DNA from: an uncultured Chitinophagaceae bacterium
GTDB taxonomy: Bacteria > Bacteroidota > Bacteroidia > Chitinophagales > Chitinophagaceae
Direction: 5' to 3'
NCBI GenBank assembly: GCA_964464835.1
Contig: CAYXHX010000002.1
Span: 1 to 39,779 of the forward strand
DNA: 39,779 bases
Made by a program: the position numbers and the translations under genes. Shown here piece by piece: positions 1 through 6,272 of the stretch; within the stretch, counting starts at the first letter, position 1, and every line of letters begins with the position of its first letter. Below the pieces are notes generated by a model that was not told the DNA's origin, did no database searches, and saw only the letters and a program-made list of their open reading frames with translations.

Positions 1-120
1 TTTGACAATAAACTTTTGAAAGTCAAACATTGACTTGTTTAATTCACTTTCATCAATATCAAACCCTGAAAGGACTATTGACTTCTGCTTAGTTTCTAAA
101 AATTGTTTGTACTCATTCAT
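1..120 (-). CDS. 5' end of a CDS running off the left edge (possible SF2/SNF2-like helicase N-terminus)
   Basis: ATG at 120-118 opens MNEYKQFLETKQKSIVLSGFDIDESELNKSMFDFQKFIVK, with no stop before position 1. The FDFQ segment resembles the region preceding Walker A in phage SF2 helicases. The fragment is too short to be sure. Confidence 0.45.
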   Translation of the reverse strand, partial: MNEYKQFLETKQKSIVLSGFDIDESELNKSMFDFQKFIVK

Positions 121-350
121 AATTTAAAATTAAAACGCCCAGAATATTTAGTAGGTCGGTCAGTACCTAAAAAATAAACCGGGCAAATAAATTAATAAGT
201 GTCTGACCACACTTCTATTACCCAAATATAAAAGAACTTTTTAAACTTTACCGTACTGTGCCTAACACTGCATTGGCAATATTGCCTCAGGTTCGCTATT
301 CAGCAGACGAACAAATATTCAACATTTGTATTTCAAATAAGCATCGGGAA

Positions 351-379
351 GCGGCAACATCGCCAATGCTTTGCCGTTA
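351..379 (-). repeat. Intergenic boundary motif, copy a
   Basis: Minus-strand reading is TAACGGCAAAGCATTGGCGATGTTGCCGC. It starts 8 nt after the TAA stop at 388-390. CGGCAA/TTGCCG can pair as a 6-bp stem. Confidence 0.6.
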
Positions 380-387
380 CCTGCCAT

Positions 388-792
388 TTAAGACAGACCC
401 AAAACTTCAACAGCTTTTCTTAATTGTTCTAAGGTGTTCTTGCCTCCGTTGCCTGACCAATTAAAATGCTTTTGTAGTAGGTCATATAGCTTTGATTTCT
501 CACGTCTATCAAGTATTTCTTGCTTATCCCTGTAAAGTTGAAAATTACTTTGGCTGTAATTCTTATCTGTGTATTTTAATGTTTCTTTGTCAATCGGGTA
601 ACGTTCTTCCCATCCTGTAAGATAGAAATACTTTTTACCGACTTTTCCAACAGTTACTTCAACTATTTCAGAAGGTGCATTTCTATTAAATTTTTCACGG
701 AATAAAACCTGACCGACAAAAACGGCAGGTAACATCGGTTTTGCAATAGCAGGGATGACGTTTAATCCCTCAACATTTTGTTCTTTATTCAT
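388..792 (-). CDS. Hypothetical protein
   Basis: Open frame ending in TAA at 388. The ATG at 792 (MNKEQNVEG...) is preferred over the TTG at 840 used by the ORF track. No recognisable domain. Confidence 0.6.
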   Translation of the reverse strand: MNKEQNVEGLNVIPAIAKPMLPAVFVGQVLFREKFNRNAPSEIVEVTVGKVGKKYFYLTGWEERYPIDKETLKYTDKNYSQSNFQLYRDKQEILDRREKSKLYDLLQKHFNWSGNGGKNTLEQLRKAVEVLGLS

Positions 793-831
793 CTTTTGTA
801 CTATTTTGAAAATTAGTAATTCTAAGCCCTG

Positions 832-855
832 CCATCGCAAAGCCGGTTACCGTTA
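832..855 (-). repeat. Intergenic boundary motif, copy d
   Basis: Minus-strand reading is TAACGGTAACCGGCTTTGCGATGG. It lies 9 nt after the stop at 865-867. Its ATG (835-833) opens a 16-codon mini-ORF that ends at 785, overlapping the ATG at 792. Confidence 0.5.
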
Positions 856-864
856 TAGGAAATG

Positions 865-1320
865 CTACCCAGCGCCACAGACACAATCAGCAACTTGAAC
901 AGGATCAACATGCCCTATGATTTGATAAGAACCACAGACACAACTTGCGGCTCTTTCCAGTTTATATTCCAACTCTCTTTCTTGACGGTATTCTTCCATA
1001 TCTTCACGCCAATTATCAAGTTCATTATGTGGTTCTTTGGCGTTTTTGTCAAAGTAATTTGAGTAACATTTTGGACAATAATAATGTGGCTCACTACATT
1101 CATCATCTGGCTCATAAAATTCAAGTTCAACATCTTTGTTGCACTTTTTGCAATAACTTAAATGCAACGGCTTTTCAATGTTTGCGTACCTTCTTATTGT
1201 CCTTGCTAAATCCTCTATAAACCGATCATCGCTTGACTTTTCATTTGGCACAGATAAATAGCCGCAAAGGAATGATGCTAACTGCCTAAATCGGTCGTAT
1301 GGGTATTTTTGATTTTCCAT
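865..1320 (-). CDS. Cys-rich (zinc-ribbon-like) hypothetical protein
   Basis: 151-aa ORF with CKKC...CPKC pairs and a C-terminal CVCG...CVCG. Confidence 0.6.
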   Translation of the reverse strand: MENQKYPYDRFRQLASFLCGYLSVPNEKSSDDRFIEDLARTIRRYANIEKPLHLSYCKKCNKDVELEFYEPDDECSEPHYYCPKCYSNYFDKNAKEPHNELDNWREDMEEYRQERELEYKLERAASCVCGSYQIIGHVDPVQVADCVCGAG

Positions 1321-1331
1321 TTTATTTGTTT

Positions 1332-1703
1332 TTATTCGTAAATAGATTTAATAACAGTAACAAAAGGTTCGGTTTTTAATTCGCCTTTTTCGTTAACCCA
1401 AACGGGTCTTGCACCTTCCGCATAGGATAAATGACACCGCCTTTCGACCGAACCATATTCATAAATTGTCTTTAATCCAAGGAATTTGCATATCCGGTTC
1501 GCTTGTGCTTCAAAATCATTTTTCATTTCCTTTGTGAAGATTTTATTTTGTTTAAATAAAGCGTAAGGGAAATGTTCTTTCATAAATTTTTTAAGCAAAG
1601 CCTTATCCTTATAAACCGCACTCCCTATAACATTGCATTGGCTATATACCTGCTGACGTGCATCACTCATCTTTTGTTCGCTATTTAACTTTTGTTCGTT
1701 CAT
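1332..1703 (-). CDS. Hypothetical protein
   Basis: 123-aa ORF with an ATG start. Tightly packed, 11 nt upstream of the next gene. Confidence 0.6.
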   Translation of the reverse strand: MNEQKLNSEQKMSDARQQVYSQCNVIGSAVYKDKALLKKFMKEHFPYALFKQNKIFTKEMKNDFEAQANRICKFLGLKTIYEYGSVERRCHLSYAEGARPVWVNEKGELKTEPFVTVIKSIYE

Positions 1704-1724
1704 TGTACTTTTGTTTTTCTATTA

Positions 1725-1751
1725 CGGCACATCGCCAATGCCCGCCCGTTA
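1725..1751 (-). repeat. Intergenic boundary motif, copy b
   Basis: Minus-strand reading is TAACGGGCGGGCATTGGCGATGTGCCG. Its TAA is the stop codon of the 1749..2219 CDS. Its ATG (1732-1730) opens a 10-codon mini-ORF whose TGA overlaps the ATG of the 1332..1703 CDS as ATGA. Confidence 0.6.
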
Positions 1752-2219
1752 TCGGCTATTGGAGAACGACCTCAATAATCCGACAATTTTATCCTTACCA
1801 ACAGGATTCATCGAGTGACAATAATATTCAGGACATTTTAAGCCATTTTTTAGGCAATAATCTACCAACCATTTTGCACATTCATAACCTGTTTTTTCGG
1901 CGTGAACTTGTGCATCTTGCCATTCTTTTGACTTTTCATAATCTGTCCAAAGTGGTTCAGGTGTATAATGGCTATCTGCTAAGTCGTGGTCAAACGAAAT
2001 AAAAGTTGGTAACCCATTCTTTTCAATCCATGCGATAAAATCATTATAATTTCTAACGACATGCCATTGGCGTTCTATAAACATTTTCTGGTTAGTATAA
2101 TCAAAGGCGTGTTCAGGTTCCCGAATATCATCCAGGAACAAATAAACAGCCGATAACATGCCGTTTTGCTCAAGGCTGGCAGACGTGCTATTATCGGCAT
2201 TTGAATTTCTATTTTGCAT
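1749..2219 (-). CDS. Receiver-like protein resembling the cyclic-phosphate processing receiver (cREC) domain family
   Basis: Contains VYLFLDDIREP ... ISFDHDLAD ... TGYECAKWL ... CHSMNPVGKDKI. This matches the remembered LDD.R / DHDLG / GY..akWL / HS.NPvG signature of phage cREC domains. The real start may be the internal Met (MLSAVYLF). Confidence 0.5.
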   Translation of the reverse strand: MQNRNSNADNSTSASLEQNGMLSAVYLFLDDIREPEHAFDYTNQKMFIERQWHVVRNYNDFIAWIEKNGLPTFISFDHDLADSHYTPEPLWTDYEKSKEWQDAQVHAEKTGYECAKWLVDYCLKNGLKCPEYYCHSMNPVGKDKIVGLLRSFSNSR

Positions 2220-2286
2220 TTGAATAATTTTTAAACATTCGTAATTCTATTTACAGCCCTGCGCGGTCCACCGTTGGTGGTCATGC

Positions 2287-2493
2287 CTACTGTGGTACAC
2301 TTTCACCAATAGCTTCTTCACCTTTTTTAATAGCTTCTGCATAATGGTGCAAAGCCGCTGGGCTTCTATTTATTACTTTAAGAAATTCCCTAACAGCTTC
2401 TTGTAAAACATTTATATGTTCATCACGTACTGAAATTTCGTTTCTTAATTCATTTATTTCATCCCTATATTGCTGACCATCATCAAACATCAT
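2287..2493 (-). CDS. Small helical, acidic hypothetical protein
   Basis: 68-aa ORF rich in E, R, I and N with a heptad-like pattern. Confidence 0.5.
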   Translation of the reverse strand: MMFDDGQQYRDEINELRNEISVRDEHINVLQEAVREFLKVINRSPAALHHYAEAIKKGEEAIGESVPQ

Positions 2494-2504
2494 ACTTTGG
2501 GAAA

Positions 2505-2560
2505 TTTATAAAAAGTGGGCGGCTTTTTAAGTCCGCCCTAAACCCGCAGACTTTGCGGGA
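2505..2560 (-). terminator. Tandem hairpins, the second followed by a U-run
   Basis: CCCGCA/TGCGGG (2543-2548 / 2554-2559) and GGGCGG/CCGCCC (2517-2522 / 2533-2538). On the minus-strand RNA the second hairpin is followed by ACUUUUUAUAAAUUU. Confidence 0.55.
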
Positions 2561-2568
2561 ACTGCGAG

Positions 2569-2898
2569 CTAAGATTTTAATGTGTGTTCTATAGATAAAA
2601 TCCTTTCTGCACTTTTTAAATCTTTCTCTATCATACCTGTCAATCGATATTTTTTTGCATAATACTCAAGCTCTGCAACTGCCTGATAAGTTGAAACTAC
2701 AGTATTATCATTTCTGCTGAGAATTAAAGCGCCACCTGTCAGTGGTAATTTTTCGTCAGAAATAATTTTTTCAGCTTCATCTTTTGAAATTTGTAACACG
2801 GCAGGATTTGTTTTTTCAAACAATTCAGTTAGCAGGCTGAACATCGCATCGCTGATGTAACCTAAATTTTTGTCAAGAGATACAGTAATTGTTTTCAT
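2569..2898 (-). CDS. Hypothetical protein
   Basis: 109-aa ORF with its own promoter-like element and an operator-like palindrome upstream. Confidence 0.6.
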   Translation of the reverse strand: MKTITVSLDKNLGYISDAMFSLLTELFEKTNPAVLQISKDEAEKIISDEKLPLTGGALILSRNDNTVVSTYQAVAELEYYAKKYRLTGMIEKDLKSAERILSIEHTLKS

Positions 2899-2919
2899 TT
2901 TGCAAAGTTTTAATTTTTA

Positions 2920-2941
2920 TGATTAGCAATATCGCTAATCA
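2920..2941. promoter_or_regulatory. 22-bp palindrome, operator-like
   Basis: TGATTAGC-AATATC-GCTAATCA, with perfect 8-bp arms. It lies between the -7 box (2946-2953) and the ATG at 2898. Confidence 0.45.
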
Positions 2942-2945
2942 GATA

Positions 2946-2977
2946 CAAATATAAACATTGTTTAGTTACAATCCAAA
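2946..2977 (-). promoter_or_regulatory. Bacteroidota-type promoter candidate
   Basis: Minus strand reads TTTG (2977-2974), a 20-nt spacer, then TATATTTG (2953-2946). This fits the TTTG / TAnnTTTG consensus known for Bacteroides and Flavobacterium. Confidence 0.5.
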
Positions 2978-2978
2978 T

Positions 2979-3482
2979 TTATTTTTCTTTTCTGGAAAGA
3001 TTTTTTTTGATATTGTAAATATGCTGAGTCGTTACCCTAAACTTTTGAGCTATGTCTTTGTTTTTCACGTCTTTATTCAAAAGCTCTCTAATTTCTACAA
3101 CCTGCTGATTGGTCAACTTTGCCCTGCTATGTGTTTCACCCTGTCCTTTGTTTAGTTCTCTGTTTCGATGTATAATGTTTTCAGAATGGGTTGTCCAAGC
3201 TAAATTTTCAACCCTATTATTTTCCTTATTCCCGTCTATATGGTTCACATCTGGGTGCCACGGCTTTTTGTTTAGGAAATACTCTGCAACTAAACGATGC
3301 ACCAGATGAACTTTAGCTCTCCCTTTTTCACATAACTGCACCGCACTATAACCTCCGCTGCCTGCTTTAAACTGATTGGAAATAACTTCTTTGCCCCTGT
3401 TCTTATAGTTCAGGTTTTTCACCCTTCCTAAATTAGAAATCTGAAAACGAGGATAGCCTTCGATTGTTTTAAATATTTCCAT
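2979..3482 (-). CDS. HNH homing endonuclease (NUMOD4-like N-terminus, HNH_3 core, C-terminal HTH)
   Basis: IEGYPRFQISNLGRVKN (NUMOD4-like), VHRLVAEYF...VNHIDGNKENNRVENLAWTTHSEN (HNH), then a C-terminal helix-turn-helix-like tail. Confidence 0.85.
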   Translation of the reverse strand: MEIFKTIEGYPRFQISNLGRVKNLNYKNRGKEVISNQFKAGSGGYSAVQLCEKGRAKVHLVHRLVAEYFLNKKPWHPDVNHIDGNKENNRVENLAWTTHSENIIHRNRELNKGQGETHSRAKLTNQQVVEIRELLNKDVKNKDIAQKFRVTTQHIYNIKKNLSRKEK

Positions 3483-3500
3483 TGTTTATTACTTACAATG

Positions 3501-3508
3501 CAAATATA
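3501..3508 (-). promoter_or_regulatory. -7 box candidate for the HNH gene
   Basis: Same octamer TATATTTG on the minus strand, 19-26 nt upstream of the ATG at 3482. No properly spaced TTTG was seen. Confidence 0.3.
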
Positions 3509-3646
3509 CTAAATGCTAAACAAATATTTCTTTACTTTTTTTTAAAAATAATTTCCCCTCAATTTCAAAGAACTATTCGGCGCTGTTAAGCGCCTTCCTA
3601 CAACATTGGTATTTATGCAAGTGTGGCAGGACGGTTGTTTTATAAT

Positions 3647-3702
3647 TTAAGGTTGTCGCTGTGCGGCGGACAGCAAGCCTTTAGCGTTAGCGGCAACCTT
3701 AA
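3647..3702. repeat. 14-bp inverted repeat (long hairpin) spanning a stop codon
   Basis: TTAAGGTTGTCGCT (3647-3660) and AGCGGCAACCTTAA (3689-3702), one mismatch, 28-nt GC-rich loop. The TAA stop of the 3699..3986 CDS lies in the right arm. A second small hairpin GGCGC/GCGCC lies at 3579-3594. Confidence 0.55.
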
Positions 3703-3986
3703 AGACGACCTTCCGCCACATCAATTGCTTTTTTAATATATTCGTGGTTTTTCAATCCTAATCCACCCACAGATTGAAGGTATTTAAGAGTTTCTAACAT
3801 CAAAGGTGCTGATGCAATCAAATTAGCATCTTCTTTTGTGTAGACGTGGTCTGTAATACACTCACCGTCATCCGACCAATGAATTTCAAAACCTTCAACA
3901 CCATTGGTTTTACGTTCACCAACTTTCCAGTAGTCCCATCTGTGACTACCCATTCTTATAATTTTACTTTCTGTGTACTTTGACAT
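3699..3986 (-). CDS. Hypothetical protein
   Basis: 95-aa ORF with an ATG start. No motif recognised. Confidence 0.6.
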   Translation of the reverse strand: MSKYTESKIIRMGSHRWDYWKVGERKTNGVEGFEIHWSDDGECITDHVYTKEDANLIASAPLMLETLKYLQSVGGLGLKNHEYIKKAIDVAEGRL

Positions 3987-4017
3987 TTTATTTTTATTTG
4001 TAAAGCAAGGGCAGCCG

Positions 4018-4042
4018 CTAACAAGGTATTAGCTATATGGCG
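4018..4042 (+). repeat. Intergenic boundary motif, inverted copy c-prime
   Basis: Plus-strand reading is TAACAAGGTATTAGCTATATGGCGG, an inverted and diverged partner of copy c 73 nt away. It is embedded in the hairpin CAGCCGC...GCGGCTG. Confidence 0.5.
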
Positions 4043-4114
4043 GCTGACGTGCTTCGGTTAAACATTTATTTAAAATTAAACTTTGGTTCTTCGTATCGGC
4101 TGTGGTTCTATAAT

Positions 4115-4143
4115 TCCGCCACATCGCTAATACCCGAACCGTT
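4115..4143 (-). repeat. Intergenic boundary motif, copy c
   Basis: Minus-strand reading is TAACGGTTCGGGTATTAGCGATGTGGCGG. Confidence 0.6.
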
Positions 4144-4206
4144 ACAGGCAAGCTGCCACCATCAGCGATAGCAGGCACTGTAAATTTTAAAATAAATTGA
4201 GGGTGA

Positions 4207-4587
4207 TTACTTAACCGGAGTGAAAGAAATATCTAAGTAACAATTAAGTGCAACGGCTATTTGTGTAAGTGTATTTATATGAAAATTTGCTTTTCCACTC
4301 TCAATGTCAGAAATAGTTGCAACCCGTAATCCAGCAGCATCTGCAAGCTGTGTTTGATTCCACTCTTTCGACAACCTTGCCTTTTTTATTTGGTTGCCAA
4401 GTAAATAAGAATGGCTTGTATCGCCAGGCTGCAAAAAAACAGCAGCTATATTACCGTTGTCATCTTTGCCAATATATTGATAACGTTTGCCATCTTTTTC
4501 AAATACTTCACCAGTTGAAATATTTGAAAATACTTTTTTAAGTTGTTGGCTTACATGCTTCGGATTGAAATGTGTTTTATTTTTCAT
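4207..4587 (-). CDS. XRE/Cro-CI-family helix-turn-helix regulator with an N-terminal extra domain
   Basis: C-terminal half reads LSKEWNQTQLADAAGLRVATISDIESGKANFHINTLTQIAVAL, a typical HTH_3 pattern. Confidence 0.7.
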   Translation of the reverse strand: MKNKTHFNPKHVSQQLKKVFSNISTGEVFEKDGKRYQYIGKDDNGNIAAVFLQPGDTSHSYLLGNQIKKARLSKEWNQTQLADAAGLRVATISDIESGKANFHINTLTQIAVALNCYLDISFTPVK

Positions 4588-4604
4588 GTCGTATTTTTTT
4601 TTGG

Positions 4605-4874
4605 TTATCTCATTGAAGATGGTAAGTTATTCTTTGCATTTTCTCTGTTTTTTTCAGCTAACCAAACGCTGGGGTTGCTGCTTGCTTTTGTGTTACTTAC
4701 CAGTTCTCTTTGTGCCCATTTTTCAGCTTCTTTTTTTGAACTGCTTTTTTTAGCTAATTTTGCTTCACTTTTCATATACATTTGGCATATAGATTCAAAT
4801 GTCATTTTTGCACCTTTTGAAATCATTGCGTTTGCTTTGTCCTGAATGTGTTGTGGAATGTTTTGAGTTGTCAT
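4605..4874 (-). CDS. Small basic hypothetical protein, first gene of the XRE operon
   Basis: 89-aa ORF lying 17 nt upstream of the XRE gene and preceded by a promoter/operator region. Confidence 0.55.
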   Translation of the reverse strand: MTTQNIPQHIQDKANAMISKGAKMTFESICQMYMKSEAKLAKKSSSKKEAEKWAQRELVSNTKASSNPSVWLAEKNRENAKNNLPSSMR

Positions 4875-4894
4875 TGTTATTTGCTTTTGTTACA

Positions 4895-4969
4895 CAAATA
4901 TACGCTATAACGCAAATAAAAACCAAATTTATTTTACGTTTTAACGTATATTAACAATACGTTAACATA
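4895..4969 (-). promoter_or_regulatory. Promoter candidate with three related operator-like sites
   Basis: Minus strand reads TTTG (4927-4924), a 21-nt spacer, then TATATTTG (4902-4895). Related sites are TACGCTATAACGCA (4901-4914), TACGTTTTAACGTA (4935-4948) and TACGTTAACATA (4958-4969). TTAACGTAT (4941-4949) and ATACGTTAA (4957-4965) form a perfect 9-bp inverted repeat. Confidence 0.5.
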
Positions 4970-4971
4970 TA

Positions 4972-4996
4972 CTAAAAAGCCCGGATATCCGGGCAA
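4972..4996 (-). terminator. Rho-independent terminator after the endolysin gene
   Basis: Perfect palindrome GCCCGGATATCCGGGC (4979-4994), followed on the minus-strand RNA by UUUUU. Confidence 0.8.
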
Positions 4997-5017
4997 TTAT
5001 ATACTATATATATGTTT

Positions 5018-5542
5018 CTAAAATATACGATCACCTTGTGCGTAAATACTTTTCAGCCCTGCACGTTCATCCGTCGGGGTTGTTGCATTAGCATTTCCTG
5101 TTACCCATGATCGCCAATAACCTGTAATCCAGTCGGCTGAATTATTAATATCCATCAATGCAATTTTGTTAAGCATTCCTCCTACATATAGCCCCCTGGC
5201 CACAATTCTATCTACTAAAAAATCAATGTTTGCGGCAAATGATGTGAAGCATAAGAATCGCCTTTCTTTGCCTGTCATGCGATCCCTTTTAATGACGGTC
5301 CCGGTTACTTGATTATTAAGATACTCAGGCCATCTACCAACATCTGCCTGTATGCCACAATAGTTATTATTTATTCCACTTTTGCCATTTCCGGATTCAT
5401 TGCGAAAAACTACATAAACAGAAATTTTTATTTCTTTAGTAATTTTTAAACTCTTAATGTAATTAATTACTTCGCCCATTTCAACGGTTGTTTTTCTGTA
5501 TTTTTCTTCCGGCAATTCCGGGTATGAATTATTAACGCTCAT
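5018..5542 (-). CDS. Endolysin candidate, glucosaminidase (FlgJ/LytD-like) domain
   Basis: VVFRNESGNGKSGINNNYCGIQAD parallels the ESGwGkS...NN.fGIkA core of the mannosyl-glycoprotein endo-beta-N-acetylglucosaminidase family. The gene lies beside holin-like genes. Confidence 0.55.
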   Translation of the reverse strand: MSVNNSYPELPEEKYRKTTVEMGEVINYIKSLKITKEIKISVYVVFRNESGNGKSGINNNYCGIQADVGRWPEYLNNQVTGTVIKRDRMTGKERRFLCFTSFAANIDFLVDRIVARGLYVGGMLNKIALMDINNSADWITGYWRSWVTGNANATTPTDERAGLKSIYAQGDRIF

Positions 5543-5559
5543 TTATTTTTTAATTTAAT

Positions 5560-5591
5560 TTTAAAAATAGGCAGGGGTAGAAACCCCCGCC
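5560..5591 (-). terminator. Rho-independent terminator
   Basis: Minus-strand RNA folds as GGCGGGGG-UUUCUA-CCCCUGCC (one G-U pair), followed by UAUUUUU. Confidence 0.65.
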
Positions 5592-5625
5592 GTTCCTTTA
5601 ACCTATGAGAATGAAAAAAATCCAA

Positions 5626-5787
5626 TCATGAAAACAGCTTTCGCATTGCAGCAATATTTTTCTTAGCACCATTTTTTGTTTTAAAAGTTTCTGATGTAGC
5701 CAATATTTTATTGTTCGCTGCAATGTACAGCACGTGCCATTGCTTTGTTTTATCATTATAAATTATTTCAATCTTTCCTTTTTTCAT
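5626..5787 (-). CDS. YegP/DUF1508-like small protein (below the ORF-track size cutoff)
   Basis: My own translation is MKKGKIEIIYNDKTKQWHVLYIAANNKILATSETFKTKNGAKKNIAAMRKLFS. It fits the W.f.l.A.NG.il..Se.y.sk..a..gI pattern of DUF1508. Confidence 0.5.
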   Translation of the reverse strand: MKKGKIEIIYNDKTKQWHVLYIAANNKILATSETFKTKNGAKKNIAAMRKLFS

Positions 5788-5935
5788 CTTTTTCTTTTAC
5801 ATATAAAATGCCTGAATTGAAATTCTCAATAGCCTCATTTTCAGTGTTTCCCTGCGCAACCATTTCAGGATTTTCTCTTGAAATTGCAAAGAACTTTCCT
5901 GTCCCTGTTTCTATTATTTTAATTTTGTTTTTCAT
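5768..5935 (-). CDS. HicB/UPF0150-like small protein (below the ORF-track size cutoff)
   Basis: My own translation is MKNKIKIIETGTGKFFAISRENPEMVAQGNTENEAIENFNSGILYVKEKDEKRKD. The segment ...pe..aqG.T.eEAi.n resembles the HicB N-terminal fold. No HicA partner was seen. Confidence 0.35.
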   Translation of the reverse strand: MKNKIKIIETGTGKFFAISRENPEMVAQGNTENEAIENFNSGILYVKEKDEKRKD

Positions 5936-6272
5936 CTTTGAATTTTACCTTGTTTTTAATATATTGAGAAAGCTTATCTAAGCTGAAACCAATTATTAAT
6001 GCAAAATACATTGTAATATCCACGCCAAAAATTTCTTTTGCAAATCTCAAACAAATAAATATGGATATTACACTTGCTACAATCCTTTTTAAATTATCAC
6101 TCCATAAAAAACTCCATGAAAAATGGTATGGGCTTTTCGGACTTAGTTTATCTCTGCTTTTTACATTTAAAGATAAAGAATAAATTGCACCGATAAAAGC
6201 AAAAATATAAGTTGCAATTATCTGCGAAGTAGAACCTTCACCAAATATTAGTTTTAATAATTCATTTTCCAT
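5919..6272 (-). CDS. Three-TM membrane protein, holin candidate
   Basis: Three hydrophobic segments (about residues 17-35, 62-80 and 85-100) and a K-rich C-terminus, located near the endolysin. Confidence 0.45.
   Translation of the reverse strand: MENELLKLIFGEGSTSQIIATYIFAFIGAIYSLSLNVKSRDKLSPKSPYHFSWSFLWSDNLKRIVASVISIFICLRFAKEIFGVDITMYFALIIGFSLDKLSQYIKNKVKFKDEKQN

Noticed and set aside
121-4206. tRNA genes or tRNA-derived attachment sites in the GC-rich spacers (121-387, 3483-3698, 3987-4206, and also 31381-31470)
   Set aside because: I could not draw a 7-bp acceptor stem with D, anticodon and T arms. No GGTTCGAAT-type T-loop is present, and no integrase is present. This was judged by eye only, so tRNAscan-SE or ARAGORN should confirm it.
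4207-4874. Lysogeny module (CI/Cro switch) implying a temperate phage or prophage
   Set aside because: Only one XRE-type HTH gene is visible and it is co-oriented with all other genes. There is no divergent partner, integrase, excisionase or attachment site in the window. Lifestyle cannot be decided from this sequence.
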